A stretch of DNA of 63,874 nucleotides, counting the filler, from an uncultured Methanosarcinales archaeon (GTDB taxonomy: Archaea > Nanobdellota > Nanobdellia > Woesearchaeales > JABMPP01): assembly GCA_964604995.1 (NCBI GenBank). It is 3 parts of 3 records of this genome, joined end to end, with 100 filler letters (N's around TTAATTAATTAA, not from the genome) between each part and the next. Parts side by side here need not be neighbours in the genome. Positions count along the whole stretch, not along the records: positions 1 to 29,667 come from CAZSAD010000021.1; 2 more parts are not named here. The stretch is one strand, 5' to 3'. The position numbers were made by a program, and so were the translations under genes. The notes under the pieces were generated by a model, which was given only the letters and a program-made list of their open reading frames with translations, was not told where the DNA came from and searched no databases. Below, piece after piece: positions 1 through 9,328 of the stretch (the stretch's first letter is position 1; every line of letters starts with the position of its first letter).

Positions 1-4
1 AAAT

Positions 5-553
5 TTATCTCTTATTTTTTAATTTATTTTGCATAAGAATTACATAACTTTCTTCATTAACATCAAACCACTTAATATCTAAATATTTTAAAAAATTGTA
101 ACAATCTTTGAATCTTAATTTTTTTCTCTTCGTTTCAATTTCTAAAAAATTTCCTAAATCTTTTACAGTATCTAAACAAATTTCAAAATCTTTTGTTTTA
201 CTTAAATAATATTCTCTTGTTTTAACTAAAGTCATTGATTTTTTTAATTCCATTAATTCGAGAATTTTAACTAATGTTCTTTTATCTGTTATTTCAATTT
301 CATATTCTTGAGCTTTTATAAATTTATTTTTTTTGTAAGCATCTTTAATAAATTCAAATGTAAACCTTTTCCCAGCTTTTCTTGTTCTAATCCAATTAAT
401 AATCGGTTTTTCAGAATAATAGTCTCTATGAAACGGTGTATAATAAGTGTCTATTTGTTTAACTTTTTTTATTAATTTACATTTTTTTAAAAGAATTTTT
501 CTAACACTTTTGTAATCAGAAATACCTACTTTAATTTCAATTTCTATATTCAT
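5..553 (-). CDS. cyaB: CYTH-family (class IV adenylate cyclase-like) triphosphate tunnel enzyme
   Basis: N-terminal EIEIK (ExExK) motif, Q-D-T-Y-Y, WIRxR, KTREYY, and ICLDxVxxLGxFLEIE. Confidence 0.85.
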   Translation of the reverse strand: MNIEIEIKVGISDYKSVRKILLKKCKLIKKVKQIDTYYTPFHRDYYSEKPIINWIRTRKAGKRFTFEFIKDAYKKNKFIKAQEYEIEITDKRTLVKILELMELKKSMTLVKTREYYLSKTKDFEICLDTVKDLGNFLEIETKRKKLRFKDCYNFLKYLDIKWFDVNEESYVILMQNKLKNKR

Positions 554-592
554 TTAATGCACCAAAATTAAAGATCATAATATTTATAAAAA

Positions 593-669
593 TGGTGGCC
601 CCGCCGTGATTTGAACACGGGACCTCACGATTATCAGTCGTGCGCTCCACCAGACTAAGCTACAGGGCC
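593..669 (-). tRNA. tRNA-Ile(GAT), CCA encoded
   Basis: Reverse complement GGCCCTGTAGCTTAG...CACGA-CT-GAT-AA-TCGTG...GTTCAAATC...CGGGGCCACCA folds as a cloverleaf. Confidence 0.97.
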
Positions 670-700
670 AGATATTTCAATTTATAATTTTTATAAAATA

Positions 701-773
701 CGCCCCGGGCCAGGATCGAACTGGCGACCTCACGGTTAACAGCCGTGCGCTCTAACCGCTGAGCTACCGGGGC
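701..773 (-). tRNA. tRNA-Asn(GTT), no encoded CCA
   Basis: Reverse complement GCCCCGGTAGCTCAGCGG...CACGG-CT-GTT-AA-CCGTG...GTTCGATCC...CCGGGGCG. Confidence 0.97.
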
Positions 774-947
774 AGATTTTTAGGAAAAATCTGGTAAAAA
801 CATGTTTCGACTACCGTCGAAACTCTTTTGCAAAGCAAAAGATTTTTTGGGTTCTATCCTCACAGAAATGTAATCATTTCTGGGACACCGAAAATCTTTG
901 ATTTTCTCGTGTTTTGTAAAAGGATAGCTGTCTTAGCTACCGGGGCA
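762..947. repeat. Multi-hairpin 173-bp unit flanked by a 13-bp direct repeat of the tRNA-Asn 5' end
   Basis: AGCTACCGGGGCA occurs at 762-774 and 935-947. Between them are five perfect 7-9 bp inverted repeats plus an enclosing CTATCCT/AGGATAG pair. Confidence 0.8.
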
Positions 948-1087
948 ATGGTTTCGCCCATTGACGACGAAATTAGTCTAGAAGGGATTTAACTTTGTTT
1001 AATCCCTTAAACTCCATGCTTTAAGTAACGCATTATTGTCAAAGGGAATATGGGCGATTTATAAAACTTTTGAGAAATTAGGTTAAA

Positions 1088-1357
1088 TTAATCTTTCTTT
1101 AAATAACCTAAACTACCAATTGGGATAAATAATAAGAATAAAAGGGATATTATAACTACAAGTGATTCGTTATCTTTTGTTTTAAAATAAATCGCAAGAA
1201 AATAAATCTCGATGAAAAAAATTACTACTTGCAAAATTTCCAGATAATTTTTACCTTTTTTAACTTCTTCTTTTGTATAATTTGCAATTATATAACCTGT
1301 AATATAACCTAGAATAATGGATATTAAGATTACAATCCCTATTATGAAAGAGTTCAT
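1088..1357 (-). CDS. Small membrane protein (3 hydrophobic segments)
   Basis: Hydrophobic ORF overlapping the rpiB stop codon (ATGA coupling). Confidence 0.65.
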   Translation of the reverse strand: MNSFIIGIVILISIILGYITGYIIANYTKEEVKKGKNYLEILQVVIFFIEIYFLAIYFKTKDNESLVVIISLLFLLFIPIGSLGYLKKD

Positions 1358-1827
1358 TTTTGCTTCTCCATTTCAGTTATTTTATTTATTCTTCGAATAT
1401 GGCGCTCTTCTTTTGTGAAACTACTATTTAACCAAACTTGTAAAATATTAAGCACTTTTTTATGATTCATAGATCTACTTCCGAAGCAAATTACATTTGC
1501 ATTATTATGTTCTTTTGACATCTTTGCTGTAAATTCATCATAAGCCAAAGCTGCCCTTATACCTCTCATTTTATTTGCAGCAATAGACATTCCAATTCCT
1601 GTTCCACAAACAAGTATCCCTAATGAATCCTTATTCTTAATAACTTCTAAACAAACTTTTTTTGCATAATCTGGGAAATTAACTGGTTTTTTATCAGAGT
1701 TGATTCCTTTATCTACAACAACAAATTTGGGCATATTTGATTTAGCCGAAAGAAAATTTTTGATTTCTTCCTTTAATTGAAATCCAGCATGATCTGAACC
1801 TAAGTAAATGGTATTGTTTTTTACCAT
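1354..1827 (-). CDS. rpiB: Ribose-5-phosphate isomerase B
   Basis: GSDHAG, CGTGIGMSIAANK, HNNANV and RH..R motifs; start moved to the ATG at 1827. Confidence 0.95.
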   Translation of the reverse strand: MVKNNTIYLGSDHAGFQLKEEIKNFLSAKSNMPKFVVVDKGINSDKKPVNFPDYAKKVCLEVIKNKDSLGILVCGTGIGMSIAANKMRGIRAALAYDEFTAKMSKEHNNANVICFGSRSMNHKKVLNILQVWLNSSFTKEERHIRRINKITEMEKQK

Positions 1828-2075
1828 CTCCATTGTGCATGCCCCCATTGAATTATCATATCTGCTCCTAATTTTTCAACTTCAAGAGGAATATCACAAG
1901 CACCAAAACATGAGCCGCCCCAAATATAAATAGTCGCATTTGTTGCTTTTTGCATTTCATCGACAATATACTTAGCTTGTGGTTTTAGACCATCGGGAAG
2001 TTGAACTACAATTGTTTTTGCTTTGCTTTTTTTAGCTTCAGTTATAGCTTTTTTTAGCTCTAAATCATATTCCAT
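1821..2075 (-). CDS. dph2: Short diphthamide-synthesis Dph2-like protein (N-terminal domain only)
   Basis: QLPDGLK, SCFGACD and IIQWGH match the Dph1/Dph2 N-terminal domain, but the ORF is only 84 aa. Confidence 0.75.
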   Translation of the reverse strand: MEYDLELKKAITEAKKSKAKTIVVQLPDGLKPQAKYIVDEMQKATNATIYIWGGSCFGACDIPLEVEKLGADMIIQWGHAQWRW

Positions 2076-2167
2076 AACTTAACTGTAAAACATATTCTTT
2101 AAAAATATTATGAAATCTTGCAAAATATTATGTTAAGTTTATAAATAAACACTAATTTTGAAAGGGT

Positions 2168-2674
2168 ATGGTCGATATTTTTGCACACACAATCTGGAGT
2201 TTTATCATATTTAGAAATATTGTTTCTAGTAAAGAAATATGGTTTGCTTTATTTTTTGGTGCTTTGCCAGATTTGGCATCATGGACAATTTATATGTTCT
2301 ATGCAATTATAAAAGGAGAATTTAATATAAAAAAGATGAAGAAAGGATTCAAATTTGATCAATCACAAATCAATAAAATTCCCAAATGGGCATGGACACT
2401 TTATGGGATCAGTCATAGCATATTTATTTGCGGTGTAGTATTAATTATTATCTATTTATATTTTGGAAATTTGCCTTGGTGGTTATTAGCATGGCCTATT
2501 CATATTTTAATGGATATTCCAACACATAGCAAAGATTTTTTTCCAACACCTTTTCTTTGGCCAATATCAGATTATGCATTTCCAGGAATAAGTTGGGGCT
2601 CACCAATTTTTATGATTCTTAATTGGACAGCTATTATTTTATACCTTATCTATATTTTTTTTATTTCATCTTAA
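2168..2674 (+). CDS. Membrane-bound metal-dependent hydrolase (YdjM-like)
   Basis: H at the N-terminus, LPD, SHS, HILMD and P.LWP motifs in a hydrophobic protein. Confidence 0.75.
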   Translation: MVDIFAHTIWSFIIFRNIVSSKEIWFALFFGALPDLASWTIYMFYAIIKGEFNIKKMKKGFKFDQSQINKIPKWAWTLYGISHSIFICGVVLIIIYLYFGNLPWWLLAWPIHILMDIPTHSKDFFPTPFLWPISDYAFPGISWGSPIFMILNWTAIILYLIYIFFISS

Positions 2675-2696
2675 AAATTATTTCTTCATAAATTCA

Positions 2697-3053
2697 CTAT
2701 TTTTTGATTCTACTTCTCCTTAGTTTAACTTCTTTAACAAAAGGAATCCTATTATAATTTTTACAGATTAAACAATAATAAATAACTCTTCTTTTATTTG
2801 TTCTTACTCTACAATTTTTTCCAGGAACTAAATAAGAATAGCAGCTTTTGCAAAATCTTCTTTTTAATTCAGATGGAATTTTAGTTTTTAATTTCATTGC
2901 AATTTTACGTGCAAGAAAAACGTACCTATCTGAAAGTTTAGAATCAAAATTATACATTTCTTTTGCTTGTTCAAAAAGAATAATTATTCTTTCATCTGCT
3001 ATTTTTTTGAACTTATCATTTTTCGATTTAAAATTTTTCTTTGTATTTGCCAT
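2697..3053 (-). CDS. rnp4: RNase P protein component Rpp21 (Rnp4)
   Basis: IA.ERI..L, RYV.LARKI, KRRFCKSC...C..C zinc ribbon. Confidence 0.93.
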   Translation of the reverse strand: MANTKKNFKSKNDKFKKIADERIIILFEQAKEMYNFDSKLSDRYVFLARKIAMKLKTKIPSELKRRFCKSCYSYLVPGKNCRVRTNKRRVIYYCLICKNYNRIPFVKEVKLRRSRIKK

Positions 3054-3195
3054 TTAATATTGCCTTAAAATTTTATTAAATACTCTTTAACTTATTTTTA
3101 ATGTTATTTTGATATTCTTATTTAAATGTCTAATTTTGATATGTAAATCAATAATACTAATAAACTATTTAAATTATTAGTCAATATCAAACTTT

Positions 3196-4461
3196 ATGGG
3201 GTTTATTGATAAAATAAAAGGGGTATTTGTGTCTAACAAAGAACCTTTACAAAAAGAAGTAACAATTGATGAATTTGAAACGCTAGTTAAAAATTTAAAA
3301 ACCAATAAACTTGAAAATGTTAAAAACACTCTTGCAGGATACAAAAATCGAATAGACACCCACAAAAACAAAATTCTAAATGCTATTGAAAAACTTCGAG
3401 TTGCAAAGCTTCCTAATCCTGATATACCTATTAGGGCAAAAAATTTAATGGAAGGAAACCGTGATACTTATATAAGATTCACTTCTAGGTTAGCAGAAGG
3501 GATAGAGGTTCCGTCAACTTATGAAGAGTTGGAGTATTTCATTGCTAAATTCGATAATGATTTGAAAGATATAATGAAATCCACTCAGAGAAGTTATTTT
3601 GTTCTACAAGAATTTTTAGCAAATGAAAGCAAGGATATTGCAATATTTATCAAAGAATTGGAAAAAACAGTAAATGAACTTAGGGATTATATTAGAAAAG
3701 AAGGATTTGATTTAATCGAAAGGTTGCAAAATGAAATTGTAACAATAAAAAATGGAATCAAAGTAAGAGTTGCATGCAAAGTTAAAATTGAAGAATTAAA
3801 TAAAATGCTTTTTGATGAACAAAAAATTAAACAAGATGAAGACAATGCAATTTTGGCAATAAAATCCAGTGAGGATTTTTCTAAATATCTAGAATTTGAA
3901 GGTGAAAAAGGAGATATTGAAGAAAAACTGCGTATATTGGATAATGAAATGTTTCATAATTTTTCAGTTTTGGAAGCAGCATTAAAAAAATATGAACGAA
4001 TTGTAGTTGAACCTGAATTTGTCACTAATTATATTTTTCACCCTATAGATACTTTGATGGGAGATAATGATTTTAAAATATTAGAAATACTTGAAACTTT
4101 ATCTAAAATGTGTGATGAAGGAACATTGGAATTAAAAGCAGAGAAGCGTTTGAAAATAATGGAAATGACCAAAAAATTAAGTAAAGAACTAATCATTGAT
4201 TTTAAAACCAAAAGGCAATCTATTCTTGAAGAATTATCAAAATTAAAACAAGATATGGGAAAATATGATAAAAATAAAGAGGTAGAAGAGCATCTTTTTA
4301 AGCAAAAATTAGCAGGCATAAAATCAAATGAATTAATGCAACGTATAAAAGAAGTTAATGCAGAAAGTGCAAATGTCGCTCTTGAAGACCATATTAAAAC
4401 TGTGCAAGATTCAATAAAAGAATTAGATGATTCTATAATTTTTATTAAAGTTGAATTATAA
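3196..4461 (+). CDS. Hypothetical coiled-coil protein
   Basis: 421-aa ORF rich in E/K/L heptads; no catalytic motif recognised. Confidence 0.75.
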   Translation: MGFIDKIKGVFVSNKEPLQKEVTIDEFETLVKNLKTNKLENVKNTLAGYKNRIDTHKNKILNAIEKLRVAKLPNPDIPIRAKNLMEGNRDTYIRFTSRLAEGIEVPSTYEELEYFIAKFDNDLKDIMKSTQRSYFVLQEFLANESKDIAIFIKELEKTVNELRDYIRKEGFDLIERLQNEIVTIKNGIKVRVACKVKIEELNKMLFDEQKIKQDEDNAILAIKSSEDFSKYLEFEGEKGDIEEKLRILDNEMFHNFSVLEAALKKYERIVVEPEFVTNYIFHPIDTLMGDNDFKILEILETLSKMCDEGTLELKAEKRLKIMEMTKKLSKELIIDFKTKRQSILEELSKLKQDMGKYDKNKEVEEHLFKQKLAGIKSNELMQRIKEVNAESANVALEDHIKTVQDSIKELDDSIIFIKVEL

Positions 4462-4672
4462 TACTTAAGGGTTATAATAATTAATTCTAATGGTTAACCC
4501 ATAAATGACTATTTGTACAACCAATAGATATGTATATATCAAATTTCATAAGAAACTCTTTAAAACTAAATATTTTATCCTATATTAATTCAAGATCTTT
4601 TATGCAAGCCTAAACATTTATTTGTTTAAATTATTGTTAGCTATTGTTAGTTTTAAAAAGATTAACTTAAAA

Positions 4673-5107
4673 TTAATTAATCTCAAAACCATATGCATTT
4701 TCTTTTCTGACTTTTTTATACTTTTCAACTCTGCTCCAAGGAGCAGGCATTAAGGGTTCTTTCCTATAGGAAATTGAAGGCCTTATGCTAATTCTCATTC
4801 TTGTACTAACTCTAGCTCTTATTTGTTTTCTTGCTTGCATTCTTCTTGCAATTTTTTGCTTGGCACTGGCCATACTTTGCCTTCTTTTTGCCATGCTGAG
4901 TTTTTTTGAACTCATTTTTTGTGTTTTCACTGCTTTTTTCTTCATTTTATTAGTATGAACTTTAATATTATTTTTGTTATTCAGTCTTATTTTTTCATTT
5001 AGTGCTTTTTTAGAATTGTTTTTAGTTCCAAAAATTTGTTTTCTATTTTTACTTTTTAAGTTTGTTAGAATTCGACCAACTTTTTTCAAGAAATTTTTTT
5101 GTGGCAT
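4673..5107 (-). CDS. Highly basic K/R-rich hypothetical protein
   Basis: Long ORF with extreme Lys/Arg content and almost no acidic residues; ATG at 5107. Confidence 0.55.
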   Translation of the reverse strand: MPQKNFLKKVGRILTNLKSKNRKQIFGTKNNSKKALNEKIRLNNKNNIKVHTNKMKKKAVKTQKMSSKKLSMAKRRQSMASAKQKIARRMQARKQIRARVSTRMRISIRPSISYRKEPLMPAPWSRVEKYKKVRKENAYGFEIN

Positions 5108-5420
5108 TTTAATAAACTCCAATAATCCCCAATTATTTATTATTAATTTACTATAAATTTACTATAAATTTAATTGAAGTGTATACAACATTACACCATA
5201 TATATGCATTTGTCAATATTTGTAGTCTAACCCTTGTCGTTGGTTATATATAAAGCTTTGCCAATTTTTAATTAATTTCCATAATGAAAATAAAATGTTT
5301 AGAAATTAACTTTCATCAACTAAAAATAATGCAAATTCGATACTGCTATAATATACTGCTATAACAATTTATAAAAATTTTAATACTATTCATAAATAGT
5401 GAAAAAATAACAATCTTTTT

Positions 5421-6116
5421 ATGCTGTTCAAAATTCAATTTTTTATGGCTCAAAATCAGTTAGGGTATAAATCCGGAAGTTATCATATTTCAGAAAGAAA
5501 AGCTTACAAAATTCTAAATACAATACTTGAGAAAATACAATTATCACAAGAATCAATGGATATTGCGATGTGGGATCTTTTTATAAATGATTCTGAGAAG
5601 AGTGCACTTGAAAAACTTACATTGATAAATCAAGAAAAGGATCCACTTCCCTCTAATTTTCTTCAGTCACAAAAAGATGCCCTTCATTATTTAGTTGAAC
5701 AAGCAATCAATTCTGGAACATATGAAAGGCATGCAAAAGGACATTCATACAATATTAATAGAAAAAGAAAATCTACACAAAATATGTCTGACAAAATCAA
5801 AGGAATGAGTTATAAACCCGAATTACCTTATACTAAAAAGGGAAATGGTGAACTCAACATTGAAAGAATGGAAAAAAGTAACGGACTTGTAGAAAAATAT
5901 GAAGATATGTTTGATGAATTGTTGCCTTTAAAATATACGCGAAAACAACAACAAGAACAATCAAGGTCTAAAATTGAATGGAATGTTGAAAGAAAATGGA
6001 GAAACAAAAAACATAAACAATGGAAAAGAGAAAGACCAACAACTGCAGAAAGTAAAAAAATAAAACATTCCCTACTACATAATTTTCCTAAAAATAAACC
6101 AGTTCCTCAATATTAG
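5421..6116 (+). CDS. Hypothetical protein
   Basis: 231-aa ORF with no recognised motif. Confidence 0.6.
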   Translation: MLFKIQFFMAQNQLGYKSGSYHISERKAYKILNTILEKIQLSQESMDIAMWDLFINDSEKSALEKLTLINQEKDPLPSNFLQSQKDALHYLVEQAINSGTYERHAKGHSYNINRKRKSTQNMSDKIKGMSYKPELPYTKKGNGELNIERMEKSNGLVEKYEDMFDELLPLKYTRKQQQEQSRSKIEWNVERKWRNKKHKQWKRERPTTAESKKIKHSLLHNFPKNKPVPQY

Positions 6117-6162
6117 GGATAACACTTATTGGGGTAATAATTTAAAAATAAAATATTTTATT

Positions 6163-7347
6163 CTAATTAAAGTTTTTTGTGTTTTCTTCTAATGCTTTAA
6201 TGCCAGGTAACACTTTACCTTCTAAGAATTCTAAAGATGCCCCTCCGCCAGTAGATATGTGGGTGAATTTGTCTTGCAAATCTAATTTTTCAATAGCTGA
6301 AGCTGTATCTCCTCCACCAATAATTATAGTTTTATCTTTTTGTAAAGCAAGATACTTCGCAATTTCATTTGTGCCTCTTGCAAATTTTTCAAATTCAAAA
6401 ACTCCAAGTGGACCATTCCAAACTATAGTATTTGCTTTGAATAATACTCTTTGAAATCCAAGAATACTGTTAGGTCCAATATCAAGCCCCATCCAACCAT
6501 CAATTTTATGATAATCAACTATTTTACATTCAGCATCTGCATCAAATTTTTCAGCAATAACAATATCATCTGGTAGTTTAATTTTAGTTGAATTTTCAAC
6601 TAATAATTTTTTGGATTCTTCAAGCATATTATCTTCAACGATGCTTTTCCCAACATCTAAACCTTGGGCTTTGTAAAATGTAAAAATCATTGCACCTCCA
6701 AGTAAGAGGCGATCAACTCTTGGCAGTAAATTTTTGATAAGACTCAATTTATCAGATACTTTTGCACCACCAAGTATCACAACAAAAGGTTTTTTTGGAT
6801 TATTTATTGCATCTCCCATCATTTTTATCTCTTTTTCAAGCAAAAGTCCAGCACAACTTGGTAAATATTTAGTTATACCAACAACTGATGATTGGGCTCT
6901 ATGGGATACTGAAAATGCATCACTTACAAAGCAGTCTGCATTTGCGGCTAATTTTTTTGAAAATGTATCATTATTTTCTGTTTCTTCTTTATGAAATCTA
7001 ACATTTTCTAATAGTACAACTTTAGAAACCAATTCACTTGGTAAATCGATGTCAATACAATCATTTAATTTTACAACTTTTGTTTTGAGATATTCTGATA
7101 ATTTTAATGCAAGTTTATCATGATTCAATATTTTGTCATCTTTATTTTTTGGTCTACCTAAATGATTTAAAATAATTATTTGTTTAACTTTATTTTCTAA
7201 AAGAAATTTTAAAGTTGGAAGACCCTCTTTAATGCGCTTATCATTAGTAATTGTTCCAACTTTGTCTACTGGAATATCCATTCCAACTCTAACAATGACT
7301 CTTTTACCCACAAAATTAAAATCTTTTAATGTTTTAAAACTAGCCAT
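6163..7347 (-). CDS. pgk: Phosphoglycerate kinase (bacterial-type)
   Basis: HLGRP, LLENVRF, GGAKVSDK, WNGPLGVFE, GGGDT, HISTGGGASLEFLEG; upstream AAGGTG SD supports the ATG at 7347. Confidence 0.98.
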   Translation of the reverse strand: MASFKTLKDFNFVGKRVIVRVGMDIPVDKVGTITNDKRIKEGLPTLKFLLENKVKQIIILNHLGRPKNKDDKILNHDKLALKLSEYLKTKVVKLNDCIDIDLPSELVSKVVLLENVRFHKEETENNDTFSKKLAANADCFVSDAFSVSHRAQSSVVGITKYLPSCAGLLLEKEIKMMGDAINNPKKPFVVILGGAKVSDKLSLIKNLLPRVDRLLLGGAMIFTFYKAQGLDVGKSIVEDNMLEESKKLLVENSTKIKLPDDIVIAEKFDADAECKIVDYHKIDGWMGLDIGPNSILGFQRVLFKANTIVWNGPLGVFEFEKFARGTNEIAKYLALQKDKTIIIGGGDTASAIEKLDLQDKFTHISTGGGASLEFLEGKVLPGIKALEENTKNFN

Positions 7348-7495
7348 TAATAATCTTAACACCTTTTGTTATAAAAATTTTATCATCGCCACAAAATATT
7401 TATACTGATTCTTCGCTTTTCAATGTAAATTGCTAACTTTAGTGATGTGCAAACTTTAATAGTGGATAATACAATTTAATGGTGGATAATTAAAA

Positions 7496-9328
7496 ATGGT
7501 GGATTTTAGTTTTATAGGTAATTATGTTGCTTCTTTGCACCTAGAGCAGTATTTTTTAAATCCTCAAGGACTTTATGCAATCTTGGCAGTTGTTCCTTTA
7601 ATAATTTTTTATCTTATAAAACCAAAACCTAAAGATAAGATTATCCCTAGTTTGATGTTCATTTTAACAAAAGATAATAAATTTATGGAAAATTCATTTT
7701 TGAGAAGGTTAATGAATGATTTTCTTTTCTTTTTACAACTTTTAATATTACTTATTTTAGGAACAGCTGTTGCAATGCCATTTATGATAACTGAACATGA
7801 TGTTTCATCAGAAGATAGGGCATTGGTATTTGATGTTTCAGCAAGCATGTCAACTTATGTAGATAGTGGTGCTTTAATTGGCAAAACAAGATACGATCTT
7901 GCTCGTGAAAAAGCAAGGGATTTTTTATCAGCTAAAAACACCATTATTTTTTCTTCAGATATCCCTGAACTTATGGTAAAAGATGGATCACGTGGAGATG
8001 CTGAAAATATACTTTCAAAGGCAAAGCCTAAAGATACAGGCACTAATCTTGGAGATGCTATCCAATTCGCAGTTGACCAATTAAAAGAGCAGAAAGGTAG
8101 GATAATTGTGTTTAGCGATTTTATTAATAGTGAAACCGATCCTGTTTCAATAAAAAAAGTTTTGGAATCTAAAGGAATAAGAGTTGATTTTGTAGATGTA
8201 AGTGGGGCTGCTAATAATGTTGGAATAATTGATCTTTCATTGGATGAACAAAATTCAGCAGTATTTATCAAAAATTATATAGATAACGAGCAAAAAGTTG
8301 AAGTTTCAATTGCAACCCAAAAACAAACAATAACTCTTCCTCCTAAATCAGTTGAAACCGTAAGTTTTTCAACACCTAAAGGAACTAATAAAATTGAATT
8401 AAATATGTTAAATACAAAAGATGATTTTCCAAAAGATAATGTTGCTTATATAAGTACACCTGTTCAAGAAAATACAAAAATACTTTTTATTTCAAATGGC
8501 GGCAAAAAAACAAATTTATATTATGCTCTTGCAGCAAATCCAAAAAATATCTTGGAAAGTGCAACACCCCCCATAGTTCCAAATATAGATCATAATGTTT
8601 ATATTTTGCAAAATTTTGGTAAAGAAGTTTTGCTTCCTGAAACAATTAGGAAAATATCAGAAAGCGTAGATGATGGCGCAATTTTAATTGTGGTTGGGCA
8701 AGATGATATTTTTAGTGTTAACTTCAAAGGACTTTTGCCTGTTGAGCCTTCTTTACAATTAGTTCCTAATGCAGAATCATTTGTTAAAATTTTGCAATTA
8801 AACAGTTTTACAAAAGATGTAGAATTTGGAAAAGTTAGCTATTATAATTACATCAAATCAAAAGATAAAACTGTTGAAATATTAAAAGCAGATGATAACA
8901 ATTCCACTTTGATTGCATATTCTGCATTTGGCAATGGGAAAGTAATTTACTATAACATAAACGATGACAAATCTGAATTTAAAACTAGTTTAACTTATCC
9001 TTTATTTTGGAATAATATGCTAGATGTACTTTTAAGCAAGGATACTATTCAAACTTTAAATTATAAAACTGGTCAAAGTGTTGCAGGAAAAAGATTTGAA
9101 AATGTTGGATTTGTTACTGTCGGATCTAAAACACTTGCAATAAATATGTTAAATGATCCTGAATCTGATGTTGGAAAAGAAGCAGATTTAACAAGTATTG
9201 GGGATGCAACAGACGAATCAAGATTCAAAACAAAAGAAGAAACACCAATTGATTCTTATCTTATAATTTTTGCAATATTATTATTATTTTTAGAATTCCT
9301 ATACATTAAGTTTAGGGGTGATTTGTAA
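7496..9328 (+). CDS. BatA-domain plus vWA membrane protein
   Basis: N-terminal FLNP...PLIIFY...PSL BatA motif, MIDAS DVSASM/T/SD, C-terminal TM helix. Confidence 0.85.
   Translation: MVDFSFIGNYVASLHLEQYFLNPQGLYAILAVVPLIIFYLIKPKPKDKIIPSLMFILTKDNKFMENSFLRRLMNDFLFFLQLLILLILGTAVAMPFMITEHDVSSEDRALVFDVSASMSTYVDSGALIGKTRYDLAREKARDFLSAKNTIIFSSDIPELMVKDGSRGDAENILSKAKPKDTGTNLGDAIQFAVDQLKEQKGRIIVFSDFINSETDPVSIKKVLESKGIRVDFVDVSGAANNVGIIDLSLDEQNSAVFIKNYIDNEQKVEVSIATQKQTITLPPKSVETVSFSTPKGTNKIELNMLNTKDDFPKDNVAYISTPVQENTKILFISNGGKKTNLYYALAANPKNILESATPPIVPNIDHNVYILQNFGKEVLLPETIRKISESVDDGAILIVVGQDDIFSVNFKGLLPVEPSLQLVPNAESFVKILQLNSFTKDVEFGKVSYYNYIKSKDKTVEILKADDNNSTLIAYSAFGNGKVIYYNINDDKSEFKTSLTYPLFWNNMLDVLLSKDTIQTLNYKTGQSVAGKRFENVGFVTVGSKTLAINMLNDPESDVGKEADLTSIGDATDESRFKTKEETPIDSYLIIFAILLLFLEFLYIKFRGDL

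Noticed and set aside
944..960. GGCAATGGTTTCGCC resembling the 5' hairpin of a fluoride riboswitch
   Set aside because: No matching downstream pseudoknot strand, no gene downstream on that strand, and it overlaps the duplicated tRNA end.
5193..5208. ACACCATATATATGCA as an additional NrdR box
   Set aside because: Only the left part matches, there is no partner box at 31-32 bp, and no nucleotide-metabolism gene is adjacent.
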